From an uncultured Candidatus Poseidoniales archaeon (lineage in GTDB: Archaea; Thermoplasmatota; Poseidoniia; Poseidoniales; Poseidoniaceae): 64,000 nucleotides of DNA. The stretch lies in NCBI GenBank assembly GCA_963968885.1, contig CAXAGT010000002.1:843-64842 (forward strand). The letters are read 5' to 3'. Position numbers and translations under genes: made by a program. The first letter of the stretch is position 1. Each line of letters opens with the position of its first letter. Below, in pieces: positions 1 through 9,465 of this stretch. The notes under the pieces are model-generated. The model was given only the letters and a program-made list of their open reading frames with translations, was not told the origin of the DNA and did no database searches.

Positions 1-3000
1 TTCTTCATCACCGTATCCTTCAGGCACTACCTCAAAGTAGAATCTGTGCTTATCAGAGAACTTGCCTGCTCCATCGAACACAATTAGCTCCACTCTGATT
101 TGATTTCTTACCTCACCAGTAGAATCAGATGTTACGTTGGAGAAGATGTAGGTCCAGTCTCCGTTTGAAGCTGCACCTTCAGTGAAGGTGTGTCCTTGAA
201 GATCAAAGGAATCATCACCATATGGTGCATCATACAGTACCTTCCATTCATATGTTTCAATTCCAGATCCATCGATTGCATCCTGGTCGGAAGAATCGCT
301 TGCGTCAAAGTTAACTTGGACTGCACCTGTATCATCCATTGTGATTTGGTAAACATCCCATTCTACATCGCTTACTGTCTTTGTGTCAATCTTTTCGATA
401 ACATCTTCTTGACCATCTGTAATAACCACAGCTGATGCAGTTGGTCTAAACTCATCTGCATATACGTCGTTGGTTCTTACGTTGACATCAATCGTTCTTG
501 AGTGTCCAGCAGCGTCGTGTAGAATCAATTGAACATTCCACTCAGCATCGGTTCTACATCCTGTTGCTTCTGACAAGTCAATTTGACAGAATGTTGAGGT
601 TACTGTAGCACCAGTTTGTGTGCTCTTACCAGTTGTTGATTCTCCGCTCCAGGTTGTTGGTCCATCCAAAACCCAGTTAGCCGTGAGTGTCTCAGTTGTA
701 GTCGTGGTGTATGCGAAAGTCAATTCTGCATTCGATTTCATGTATCTCAATGCGTATCCACCTGTAGAAGGGTCGATTGCAAGGCTATCGCCGTTAATTG
801 TCAAATCAAGTCCATTTCCAAGTGTTCCAAATCCAGTTGGGTAAGGTGTTACTTGGTAATCCAGCATGTTTCCTAATAGAGGGAATGTACTACTGTCTGC
901 TCTCTGAGAAACAGTAGCGACGTCAATAGTTGAAAGAATCAATCCACCGTTGTAGTAGGAACATACACCAAGAACTGTGTCTTGGTTGTCATCCACATCT
1001 GAGATTATTCTTTGGAAGTAACCTCCGTTTTCGCTGTATCCGTTACATACCATTGGAACTGCTGTTGCAGATACAGACTTGGTATTAACAACCGCATTAG
1101 CGACTGTAAATCCTTGGAAGGAGGAAACTTCCACATTGTCCATTAATGGATGATATGGATCTTGTAGGTTCATGTCTGCGTATGAGATTGAAGTCTCTGG
1201 AGTATCTCTGTTTTGCACATCGATACCAAATGGCAGTCTACCTTCCAATCCTTGGTCAAGACCATAGATTGCTGATCCGTGTGGGGCAAGGTGCATTTGC
1301 ACAGTACCACCAGCTTGCATGAATCCTTCCAGAATTTGTCTGTTCTGAGTATTTCCTAGTGCCTGGTAGTATCCCTTTCCACCGTCATCGATATCTCTTG
1401 CTGCAAGAGATGATTGCCATGGTAGGATAATCTTGTCATAATGAGTCATCCATCCTCCGTCTAGGTATTCGTTCCAATCCTTAATTTCGTAAAGCGTGTA
1501 TGTCATTCCAAGAATTTCCATGTCGTCCTTGATAGTGTTAACACGAGAAGAATCATCACTCAGAATTGCAATGTCAATCTTGTCGGCAAAGGTTGCGTGG
1601 AAGTACCTAACGTTACCTGATTCTGAACCGTCTGAAAGTGTTGCATAGTAACTGATGTTGTATGTGTGCCCATCTTGCCATCCGTTCCACGGAGTGAAGC
1701 TAACTTCGACTCTTTCTTGAGAATCAAGTGTTTGACTTGCCCCTGATGTTGTAGAGTGAACATCTGTTGGATTAGCAGAATCTGTGATGTCTTCAACGTT
1801 CATGTGGAAGGTGTAATCACCAGCCAATACCCCGTTTGTAGCAAAGAATGACCAATCGTGAGTCAATGAACTGTCGATTGGCAGAGTACATGGGAATGAC
1901 TCGTCATTCATACAGGACAGAACCTCTGGTCTTCCTAATGAAATGTCAACAGACTCTACACGGAATAGAACTCTTTCGATATTGTTTGCAACTGAGACCT
2001 CGTTATCACCAAACCATGGCTTACCGACTGTAGTGTTGTCAAAGAACAACTCAGTTTCTATTCTGTATACACCGGCAGTGAATTCGTGTGATCCAACAAT
2101 TGTTGAAGCAACTTCTTCAGCATCGACATTTGTTCTAGTAACAGTGTATGTTGCATCTTCAGTAAATGTGAATTCTTCTAGGGTTATGTTGTTGAAACCA
2201 ACACCAAGGAAACCATCATTCTCACCGTTTCTTCCATCGTCATCGGATTGGAATTCAAAGTTCAAACTAGCTGTTGAGCCAGCCAATGAGATACACTCTC
2301 TTGTCCAGTCTAATGAACTAGCAGAAGTTGTGTTTAGGACATATAGGTGGGTAAGGTCAAGCGAAATCGAGGATACAAGTCCATCTGTATTGAAGAAAAC
2401 GTTGTAGTTACCACCAGTTCCGTCAGTTGTAGAAGGATCTCCGATGAAATCAAGTTCAATCTGGTCAAGTGGCTCGCTTGCGTTGACAAGTCCATCTCCG
2501 TTTTCATCGACCTGGCAGGTTCCGTCATCGTTGTAGTCATTCCATTGACCGAATACCACAGCATTGTAGTCAGTTCCATCTCTTGAGAAATCAACGGTTA
2601 GAGCGACATAATCGTTTACATCTTCAATGGATGTTCCGTCAACACCGATTGTGTAGAATGTGTCAGCGTAATACTCGAAGTTCAGAGATACGAAATCACC
2701 AGACATGCTTGTCAAATCAATATCTGGGATTGTCATTGTTTCGTTTGCCCAGTCATCAGTGTATCCATTATTTGCTGTATCACATGGATGACCGAACCAG
2801 TATCCGTGACTGTTGAATATCTTGTCAGTACATGCTGATTCGTCGTAAACTGCTCCTTGTGGGTTACCATCGTCTGAATATCTGTAACCTTCTGAACCAC
2901 CCTCGAATGTTTCAACACAAACTGCAGAAGGCGTACCACAGTAAACATCGCTAGGTGTAGCAGATGATACTGTTGAGTTGATTTGGAAGTCAACCGGCGT

Positions 3001-5715
3001 ATTACCCCAGTTATTTGTTTGAACTTCTATGTCAAAGATTCCCTCAGCGTACAACTGACCAGGAAGGAAAGTGCTGTAGCCTTCCATTGCAGGGTCGTAA
3101 AGGTTGAATGGTGTCAAGTAACCAATCAATTCATCGTTCAGTGGTTGTTCATCCCAAGCGTTGTTGGATATACTTGCAGAAACTCTGTACGTTGTGTCGT
3201 TGACTAAGTTAACGCTTGCACTTGTAGTGTATTCTTCTCCTGGTGCAAGGTTGTTGAGGTTGATTTGTACTTGTTGAGTTTGAGGATTGGGGAAGAAAGA
3301 TGTCGTTTGCTTCCAGATCAGTACATCGTCAACTGCAAACCCGTCTCTTCCACTCCATCTTGATTCATTGCTGTCCGAAGTTGAACCCTCAAATCCTGTT
3401 CTAAACCTGAATCGGAGGTCTACTGTCTCACCTGCCCATTGAGATAGGTCAAATGCTCCTAAATCTTGTTCAGTAAAGTTGTCCCATCCATAGTATGTTC
3501 CAAACTGCCAAACGCCGTAGTAAACGATGTTCTCAGGCGCTGCTCCGAATTGAGCTTTTGCAACTCTGTCTCCGTCAAATCCTCCCCAAATGGAAGCGCC
3601 TGATGGGCATGCTCCATCTAGTCGAGCTTGATTTGGACAGCCGATTACACTCCATCCAGTTTCTACAGAACCTACTTCGACAATAGCAAGGTCATCCCAG
3701 ACATCTTGAACAATGAATCCTTGACCGTCACTACCACCCAATGCACCAAAACCAAGGTGCCTGAACAAGTCAACGGACATGAATGCCCTGTCTGAACCTG
3801 TCAAGTCCACGTCTTCTAGAACCATCGAGTCGTCCCAGTTGTTATCATATCCAGACCAAACATCACCGCTGGAGTTAGTCTTGTAGTTTCCAGCCCACAT
3901 GAAATCGGTCGGATTGATGTAGTTTGCAGATACATTCGCAGCGTTGTTACCTTCAGTGGTAGCTCCTGTTGATTGATTGGACTCCAAATGCCATTGAGTC
4001 GCTCCGTCTATGTATTCATAATATTCCCAAACACATGACGGGCAATTCGTAGAGTCAACATTTCCATCGAAATCGTTGCTGTAAACAGTAGTGTTAGTAG
4101 AGTTGGCTTCATCGACTATTTTTAATTCAACATCTAGAGTTGCGGTTTGTCCATTCAGGATATCCATACCAGTATTGGTTACTGTTACATTCAAATCTCT
4201 GGTTCCTTCGCCAGCAATTCCGAAAGCACGGTCGACTGGGGTGATTTCCAAACCAGTTACTGACAGGTCTTTGTTGTCCATTTCAACAACGGTAATTGTA
4301 TCATACTGTCCTTCCCATCCGAAGTTGTCTATCCAACTTCCGAAATCGTAGGATGTGTGCCCAACTGCTAGATCTACTGCAGAAGAGGAGCCACCGGCTA
4401 ATTGTCCGACAGCAACCATGGAAGGTCTTCTTCCTGCTTGGTAGGAAAGAGGGTTCACGTGACCACCGGATCCATCAGAAAGAGTCACTTGTACTGTTGT
4501 TGGGAAGTTCAGGTAATAGGAAGATGCGGAACCGCCAGCAGAATCTGATGAATTTAGTTGGTATGCAACTGTTGGTGATGCAAAATCAGGTTCACCGTCT
4601 CCGTTGATGTCAGCAACTGTTACCTCGTATGCGATGTAAGGCCCGAAATATGCCGATGATTTCGCAGACCAAGTTCCAACTGTCGATGATGTAACATAGG
4701 TCACGTTCTCAACGTTACCATCAGTTTGAGCGATCACATCGATTACGCCATCATTATCGGAGTCTCCTATGTCAAAGCCACCAAAGTCGTTGCCCATTGT
4801 TACAACGTGAGAGTTGATAGGAGGGCTTTGTTGGTTGAATGTGAAGGTTGTAGGGAATGAATTCGTGTTACAGTTGTACTCAATGATTGTAACGTTGTCG
4901 TCCTTTCCTGGGTTTGTTGTTTGACCAGTGCTGTAATCAACACCTTCGCTTCTGAGGAGCCATAGGTCTTGGTCGAAACAAGAACCGAGCGGAGATGGCT
5001 GGGATTCTCCCCAATCACCAATATCGAATGATCTGTAGGCACTTGTTCTAGCAGAACCAAGGGCGGTGATTTGTCCTTGAGATGAACTTGTAACTGGACC
5101 GTTGTAGACGACTACTCTTTGATTGTCTATGTCCGCTAGCAGGTCTAGTACTGCTATGTCGTCATTTCCGTCGTCATTGAAGTCGCCGACCTTAAGGTCC
5201 CAAACCCAGAAATGGGTGAATCTTGCTCCAATGCTGAAAGATTTTGTGCTGCATCCATCATTTTCAATGATTGTTGCGTTACCTGGTTCACCTGCTGGAG
5301 CACCACTGTCGTCAGTTTTGAAAGGATTATTTCTTTGATAAATAACGATGTCAGGGGCGCTGTCTCCGGTGAATTCCCCGACTTCGATTTCCTGAACATT
5401 GGAGAATTCATCCCAATCTGCCCTTCTTGAATTGTTTCCAGAAACCCAAATGTCTGATCTTTCTGAAAAGTCTCCGTTTCCGTCATTCCAAAGAACGGTG
5501 ATGGTGTGTGTTCCATCAGTTGCGATTGCCATATCGTTGTGACCATCGCAATTAAAATCAGCTATTGCGATGTCAAGAGGGTCTTTTTGTGTGGTGTAGG
5601 AACGGGCAATCGATGCACTTCCTGTACCGGCAATTGCAACAGTTGTGCTCAAGACCATTATCATTACAAGTAGCAAACTTCGGGCTTTATTTTGATGATT
5701 GTTATTAGACAGCAT
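1..5715 (-). CDS. Giant secreted/cell-surface protein, C-terminus cut off by the window edge (signal anchor, FG-GAP/VCBS-like repeats, beta-rich jelly-roll-like modules)
   Basis: The six-frame track has no ORF over 154 aa in 1..5700, and every listed minus ORF there is in a different frame. That fits a minus frame open from the ATG at 5715-5713 to base 1. My translation starts MLSNNNHQNKARSLLLVMIMVLSTTVAIAG (signal/TM). It is followed by DFNCDGHNDMAIAT, VGEFTGDSAPDIVI, VGDFNDDGNDDIAVL, IGDSDNDGVIDVIA and VADINGDGEPDF (FG-GAP/VCBS-like), then about 1500 aa of acidic beta-rich sequence ending ...EGYGDEE at base 1. Confidence 0.8.
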   Translation of the reverse strand, partial: MLSNNNHQNKARSLLLVMIMVLSTTVAIAGTGSASIARSYTTQKDPLDIAIADFNCDGHNDMAIATDGTHTITVLWNDGNGDFSERSDIWVSGNNSRRADWDEFSNVQEIEVGEFTGDSAPDIVIYQRNNPFKTDDSGAPAGEPGNATIIENDGCSTKSFSIGARFTHFWVWDLKVGDFNDDGNDDIAVLDLLADIDNQRVVVYNGPVTSSSQGQITALGSARTSAYRSFDIGDWGESQPSPLGSCFDQDLWLLRSEGVDYSTGQTTNPGKDDNVTIIEYNCNTNSFPTTFTFNQQSPPINSHVVTMGNDFGGFDIGDSDNDGVIDVIAQTDGNVENVTYVTSSTVGTWSAKSSAYFGPYIAYEVTVADINGDGEPDFASPTVAYQLNSSDSAGGSASSYYLNFPTTVQVTLSDGSGGHVNPLSYQAGRRPSMVAVGQLAGGSSSAVDLAVGHTSYDFGSWIDNFGWEGQYDTITVVEMDNKDLSVTGLEITPVDRAFGIAGEGTRDLNVTVTNTGMDILNGQTATLDVELKIVDEANSTNTTVYSNDFDGNVDSTNCPSCVWEYYEYIDGATQWHLESNQSTGATTEGNNAANVSANYINPTDFMWAGNYKTNSSGDVWSGYDNNWDDSMVLEDVDLTGSDRAFMSVDLFRHLGFGALGGSDGQGFIVQDVWDDLAIVEVGSVETGWSVIGCPNQARLDGACPSGASIWGGFDGDRVAKAQFGAAPENIVYYGVWQFGTYYGWDNFTEQDLGAFDLSQWAGETVDLRFRFRTGFEGSTSDSNESRWSGRDGFAVDDVLIWKQTTSFFPNPQTQQVQINLNNLAPGEEYTTSASVNLVNDTTYRVSASISNNAWDEQPLNDELIGYLTPFNLYDPAMEGYSTFLPGQLYAEGIFDIEVQTNNWGNTPVDFQINSTVSSATPSDVYCGTPSAVCVETFEGGSEGYRYSDDGNPQGAVYDESACTDKIFNSHGYWFGHPCDTANNGYTDDWANETMTIPDIDLTSMSGDFVSLNFEYYADTFYTIGVDGTSIEDVNDYVALTVDFSRDGTDYNAVVFGQWNDYNDDGTCQVDENGDGLVNASEPLDQIELDFIGDPSTTDGTGGNYNVFFNTDGLVSSISLDLTHLYVLNTTSASSLDWTRECISLAGSTASLNFEFQSDDDGRNGENDGFLGVGFNNITLEEFTFTEDATYTVTRTNVDAEEVASTIVGSHEFTAGVYRIETELFFDNTTVGKPWFGDNEVSVANNIERVLFRVESVDISLGRPEVLSCMNDESFPCTLPIDSSLTHDWSFFATNGVLAGDYTFHMNVEDITDSANPTDVHSTTSGASQTLDSQERVEVSFTPWNGWQDGHTYNISYYATLSDGSESGNVRYFHATFADKIDIAILSDDSSRVNTIKDDMEILGMTYTLYEIKDWNEYLDGGWMTHYDKIILPWQSSLAARDIDDGGKGYYQALGNTQNRQILEGFMQAGGTVQMHLAPHGSAIYGLDQGLEGRLPFGIDVQNRDTPETSISYADMNLQDPYHPLMDNVEVSSFQGFTVANAVVNTKSVSATAVPMVCNGYSENGGYFQRIISDVDDNQDTVLGVCSYYNGGLILSTIDVATVSQRADSSTFPLLGNMLDYQVTPYPTGFGTLGNGLDLTINGDSLAIDPSTGGYALRYMKSNAELTFAYTTTTTETLTANWVLDGPTTWSGESTTGKSTQTGATVTSTFCQIDLSEATGCRTDAEWNVQLILHDAAGHSRTIDVNVRTNDVYADEFRPTASAVVITDGQEDVIEKIDTKTVSDVEWDVYQITMDDTGAVQVNFDASDSSDQDAIDGSGIETYEWKVLYDAPYGDDSFDLQGHTFTEGAASNGDWTYIFSNVTSDSTGEVRNQIRVELIVFDGAGKFSDKHRFYFEVVPEGYGDEE

Positions 5716-5830
5716 TAACATCACTCATCTTAGCGAGTCATCATTGCACTTTAACACCTTTGGAAGAATGATTGTGGATTTCATTTCAAAGTCCCACTCA
5801 GTGCTACGATTTGTAAATAATTAACTGAGT

Positions 5831-5836
5831 AAAAAA
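5831..5836 (-). terminator. Oligo-T (T6 on the minus strand) downstream of ORF 5887..6564, next to a 7-bp inverted repeat (5796..5802 / 5824..5830)
   Basis: Plus strand reads ACTCAGT-21nt-ACTGAGT-AAAAAA. Archaeal termination commonly uses oligo-T tracts. The position lies between two co-oriented minus genes. Confidence 0.3.
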
Positions 5837-5886
5837 CAACTCGGATATTATTTCAAAAATTAAAGATTAATACCTTGATTCCAGAA

Positions 5887-6564
5887 TCAAATTTTACCTT
5901 GAAGCCACCTTGGAGAAGGACCCCATCCAACGGCATCGCCACCATGGATTTTTACCAATTTACCTTGTTTGAACAGGGAATCCAACCAGACATCCAATTC
6001 TAGTCTTGATTTGTTACCCATTTTTGCCCCGGCGACTTCCTCTATAACTTCTGTAGCAAGAGCCGTGGAGCCATACTCGCGGACAACTATTTCCATTAGC
6101 AATCTAAGCCAAGCTTCACCCATTGGGTCAACACTAATGGAGGATTGTACCGGTCTTGGTTCATCTGCCTCTTCAAGCATATCCATCAAGTCGATTGGAT
6201 CTGGACGCTCTGGTCTGGTCAACCCTGCTTTTGCTATCGCTTCTTCGATATTCAATTCACCTATTGGTCTTCTAACAACAGGAATTGAGGATGGGTCAGG
6301 AGTAGGACCCATATCTTGCGGTTTATCACCAAGAGGCTCGAGTTCTACCTTACGGGAATTTTTCTTTGCTTTTTCCTTTGAGACGTCTGATAAATTAGAA
6401 GCAAATGTTGCAGTCCCAATTGGCATAGTGAATCCTACGCCACTCAGTCCAAGTTGCTCAACTTTTGATTCGACCCAATCTGCATCCCCTTCAATAACGA
6501 GGCTGAGGTCACCATCTTCATCCTTAAACCGATAGCGAACTACCCCTCTAAGTCTCGCCATCAT
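5887..6564 (-). CDS. Hypothetical protein (225 aa), small N-terminal beta-rich domain, acidic linker, C-terminal possibly winged-helix-like domain
   Basis: Complete ORF starting MMARLRGVVRYRFKDEDGDLSLVIEGD. Its composition looks like a real protein, unlike the Ser-rich antisense ORF 5969..6535. It lies 44 nt downstream of acnA on the same strand. I recognise no family. Confidence 0.6.
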   Translation of the reverse strand: MMARLRGVVRYRFKDEDGDLSLVIEGDADWVESKVEQLGLSGVGFTMPIGTATFASNLSDVSKEKAKKNSRKVELEPLGDKPQDMGPTPDPSSIPVVRRPIGELNIEEAIAKAGLTRPERPDPIDLMDMLEEADEPRPVQSSISVDPMGEAWLRLLMEIVVREYGSTALATEVIEEVAGAKMGNKSRLELDVWLDSLFKQGKLVKIHGGDAVGWGPSPRWLQGKI

Positions 6565-6608
6565 AACATTGCTGAAACTTCAATGTATTCAAGTTGGCGA
6601 TTCAAGAA

Positions 6609-9278
6609 TTAATTCTCGCTTGCCATTTGCCTTAGTACTGTGTGTAGAATTCCACCATTGCGGTAGTACTCTACTTCAACAGGAGTATCTAGCCTAACTT
6701 GGGCTTCGAATTGAAGTGTTGAGCCATCCTTTCGAGAGGCTGTTACTGTAATATTCTGCAAAGGAGAGACAGAATCGTCAACAGGGATGTTAAACGTTTC
6801 AGAACCATCAAGACCTAGAGATTCATGTGTGTCACCATCCATAAATGTCAGAGGAAGTACTCCCATGCCCACAAGATTTGAACGGTGAATGCGTTCATAG
6901 GATGTTGCAATCACTGCCTCTACTCCCAAAAGGTAGGTCCCTTTTGCTGCCCAATCTCTGCTGGAACCTGTACCATATTGGGATCCTGCAAGTACTACCT
7001 TCGGACCTTCGTATCTCTGAGCGGCTTCGTAAACCGAGACAACCTCTCCCGTATCATGGTCAATCGAAAAACCACCTTCAGTACCAGGTGCGAGTTGATT
7101 TCTTATTCTTACGTTAGCAAATGTCCCCCTCATCATTACTTCGTGATTGCCTCTTCTGCTACCAAAAGAATTGAAGTCAGATTCAGAGACTCCATTTTCT
7201 TGCAACCAAATTCCTGCTGGACCATCTGGAATAATTGAGCCGGCAGGGGAAATGTGATCGGTAGTTATCGAGTCTCCTAGTTTTAGCAATACTCTTGCAT
7301 CGTTTATCGATGATATTGGTTCTGGTTGAGCCGACAATCCCGAAAAGAAGGAAGGAAGGCGAATGTAAGTTGAGTCCTCTTCCCAACCGTAAAGCGGAGA
7401 CTGCTCACTTTCAATAGCATTCCATCTATCCTCATTCATCACATCTGCGTATCTATCTCTAAACATTTTAGGAGTAATTGCTGAGAGAGCCTGTTGAAGT
7501 TGCTCATCATCCGGATAAATTTCTGAAAGATAAACTGGGTTCCCATCATTGTCCTTTCCAAGAGGTTGAGTGGTTAAATCGATTTCAAGCGAACCAGCGA
7601 TGGCGTATGCAACAACCAAAGGAGGACTAGCAAGATAGGAGGCTTTGACTTTACCGTGAACCCTACCCTCAAAATTTCTGTTCCCAGATATTACTGAGCC
7701 TACGATTAGATTTGCTTCATCAATTGCGGCCTCTATCTTTTCTGGTAATGGACCTGAATTCCCTATGCATGTAGTACAACCATAACCAACCGTGTTGAAT
7801 CCAAGAGCGTTTAGGTCCTCATCCAAACCATTTGCTTCATAGTATTCAGTCACAACTCTACTGCCTGGCGCAAGGGAAGTTTTCACCCATGGTTTGACAG
7901 TTAATCCTCTGAGTCTTGCATTTCTTGCAAGTAAACCAGCTGCAAGCATAACTCCAGGGTTTGAAGTGTTTGTACATGATGTAATTGCAGCAATAACGAC
8001 ATCACCATGATTTAGATCATATACACCATTTTCATCTTCCACGATGGCTCCGTTAACCAAATCATTCTCACTTAGTCCGTGCCCATGAAGACCCAATTCA
8101 TGGGTTAGAGATTTCTTGAAGTGTGGAACCATATCTGATAATTCCACTCTGTCTTGAGGTCTTTTTGGTCCAGCCATAGCAGCATTTACTGTGCTCATAT
8201 CCAATTCCAAAAGAGTGGTGTATGATTTCTCAGCAGCGCTTGGATCATACCATAGCCCTTGTGCTTTTGTGAATGCTTCAACACCTGCAATAGCATCTTC
8301 TTCTCTTCCGCTCAATCGTAAATAATCCAATGTTTTGCCATCTACTGGGAAGAACCCACAAGTTGCACCATATTCAGGAGCCATGTTTGCAATAGTTGCC
8401 CTATCTGCTAAGGAAAGTTTTGCCATGCCTTCTCCAAAGAATTCTACAAATCTACCAACTACACCAACTTCCCTCAGCATTTCTACTATTCTCAGGGTAA
8501 GGTCTGTTGCAGTAACTCCAGATTTCATATCACCAACCAAACGAACCCCAACAACATCGGGTGAAAGCATGTAGATAGGTTGTCCGAGCATCACTGCCTC
8601 AGCTTCGATACCTCCAACACCCCAACCTAGGACACCTAATCCATTGATCATGGTCGTGTGAGAGTCAGTGCCGACTAAAGAATCAGCCAACCAAACGCCA
8701 TCCTCTTGTCTTGCTACACTTGCTAGATATTCGAGGTTTATTTGGTGTACAATTCCTCTGGAAGGTGGCACTGCACTAAAATCTTGAAGAGATTTTTGCC
8801 CCCACTTCAAGAATTTATACCTCTCCATATTCCTGTGATATTCAATATCTAAATTCAAATCCAATGCGTTAGGGTCAGCACCAGAAACATCCACTTGAAC
8901 TGAGTGATCGATTACCAAATCTACTGGAACTTGAGGGTTTACCTTGCTGGCATCTCCTCCCATCTCAACCATCGCATCCCTTAGAGCAGCTAAATCTACA
9001 ACAGCAGGAACTCCAGTAAAATCCTGAAGAATCACTCTACTGGGCCTAAATGGTATCTCACCTCTTTCGCCATCAGCAGTCCATGATGCGATACCTTTGA
9101 CATCATCCTCGCTGATCAAGAAACCATCAAGATTTCTTAATGCACCTTCCAATAAAACACGGATAGAATAAGGTAGAGAGGATGTATTTATACCAGCATC
9201 ATCAAGTGCATCTAGAGCGAAATAAGTCCCTAATTCACCTAGTTCTCTTCTGGCATTGAAAGGGTCGTTCTCGGTCAT
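6609..9278 (-). CDS. acnA: Aconitate hydratase A
   Basis: 889 aa with the hallmark motifs DSHTTMINGLGVLGWGVGGIEAEA, ITSCTNTSNP, GCTTCIGNSGPL and NRNFEGR. Confidence 0.97.
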   Translation of the reverse strand: MTENDPFNARRELGELGTYFALDALDDAGINTSSLPYSIRVLLEGALRNLDGFLISEDDVKGIASWTADGERGEIPFRPSRVILQDFTGVPAVVDLAALRDAMVEMGGDASKVNPQVPVDLVIDHSVQVDVSGADPNALDLNLDIEYHRNMERYKFLKWGQKSLQDFSAVPPSRGIVHQINLEYLASVARQEDGVWLADSLVGTDSHTTMINGLGVLGWGVGGIEAEAVMLGQPIYMLSPDVVGVRLVGDMKSGVTATDLTLRIVEMLREVGVVGRFVEFFGEGMAKLSLADRATIANMAPEYGATCGFFPVDGKTLDYLRLSGREEDAIAGVEAFTKAQGLWYDPSAAEKSYTTLLELDMSTVNAAMAGPKRPQDRVELSDMVPHFKKSLTHELGLHGHGLSENDLVNGAIVEDENGVYDLNHGDVVIAAITSCTNTSNPGVMLAAGLLARNARLRGLTVKPWVKTSLAPGSRVVTEYYEANGLDEDLNALGFNTVGYGCTTCIGNSGPLPEKIEAAIDEANLIVGSVISGNRNFEGRVHGKVKASYLASPPLVVAYAIAGSLEIDLTTQPLGKDNDGNPVYLSEIYPDDEQLQQALSAITPKMFRDRYADVMNEDRWNAIESEQSPLYGWEEDSTYIRLPSFFSGLSAQPEPISSINDARVLLKLGDSITTDHISPAGSIIPDGPAGIWLQENGVSESDFNSFGSRRGNHEVMMRGTFANVRIRNQLAPGTEGGFSIDHDTGEVVSVYEAAQRYEGPKVVLAGSQYGTGSSRDWAAKGTYLLGVEAVIATSYERIHRSNLVGMGVLPLTFMDGDTHESLGLDGSETFNIPVDDSVSPLQNITVTASRKDGSTLQFEAQVRLDTPVEVEYYRNGGILHTVLRQMASEN

Positions 9279-9356
9279 ATCTCAAGCCAAATGCTAGTAA
9301 CCTATGAACATCACTATCAGGTTTTTTCGTGAGCATTTATGACCGTTTAGTTCAAG

Positions 9357-9367
9357 AATAATATATG
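9357..9367 (+). promoter_or_regulatory. TATA-box-like element upstream of tRNA-Gln
   Basis: AATAATATATG is centred about 22-27 nt upstream of the tRNA 5' end at 9384, the spacing expected for an archaeal TATA box. Confidence 0.35.
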
Positions 9368-9383
9368 ACCGGATTGAATTAAC

Positions 9384-9456
9384 AGTCCCTTAGTGTAGAG
9401 GTCCATCATGAAGGATTCTGGTTCCTTCGACCCCGGTTCGAATCCGGGAGGGACTA
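9384..9456 (+). tRNA. tRNA-Gln (anticodon CUG), no encoded CCA, no intron
   Basis: Acceptor stem AGTCCCT/AGGGACT (A1:U72, archaeal/eukaryal style). Anticodon stem AAGGA/TCCTT with loop TTCTGGT. T arm CCCGG-TTCGAAT-CCGGG. 73 nt. I could not fold the D arm cleanly by eye. Confidence 0.85.
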
Positions 9457-9457
9457 C

Positions 9458-9462
9458 TTTTT
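9458..9462 (+). terminator. Oligo-T (T5) directly after tRNA-Gln
   Basis: GGGACTAC-TTTTT-G follows the discriminator base immediately, a typical archaeal termination signal. Confidence 0.45.
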
Positions 9463-9465
9463 GAA

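Noticed and set aside
1943-2407. 154-aa plus-strand ORF and other 60-130-aa ORFs inside 1..5715
   Set aside because: All lie within, antisense to, or out of frame with the long edge-open minus frame. Their compositions are not protein-like.
5969-6535. 188-aa plus-strand ORF
   Set aside because: It is fully antisense to 5887..6564. Its translation is Ser/Ile/Pro-rich low complexity, while the minus-strand product looks like a normal protein. I treated it as a shadow ORF.
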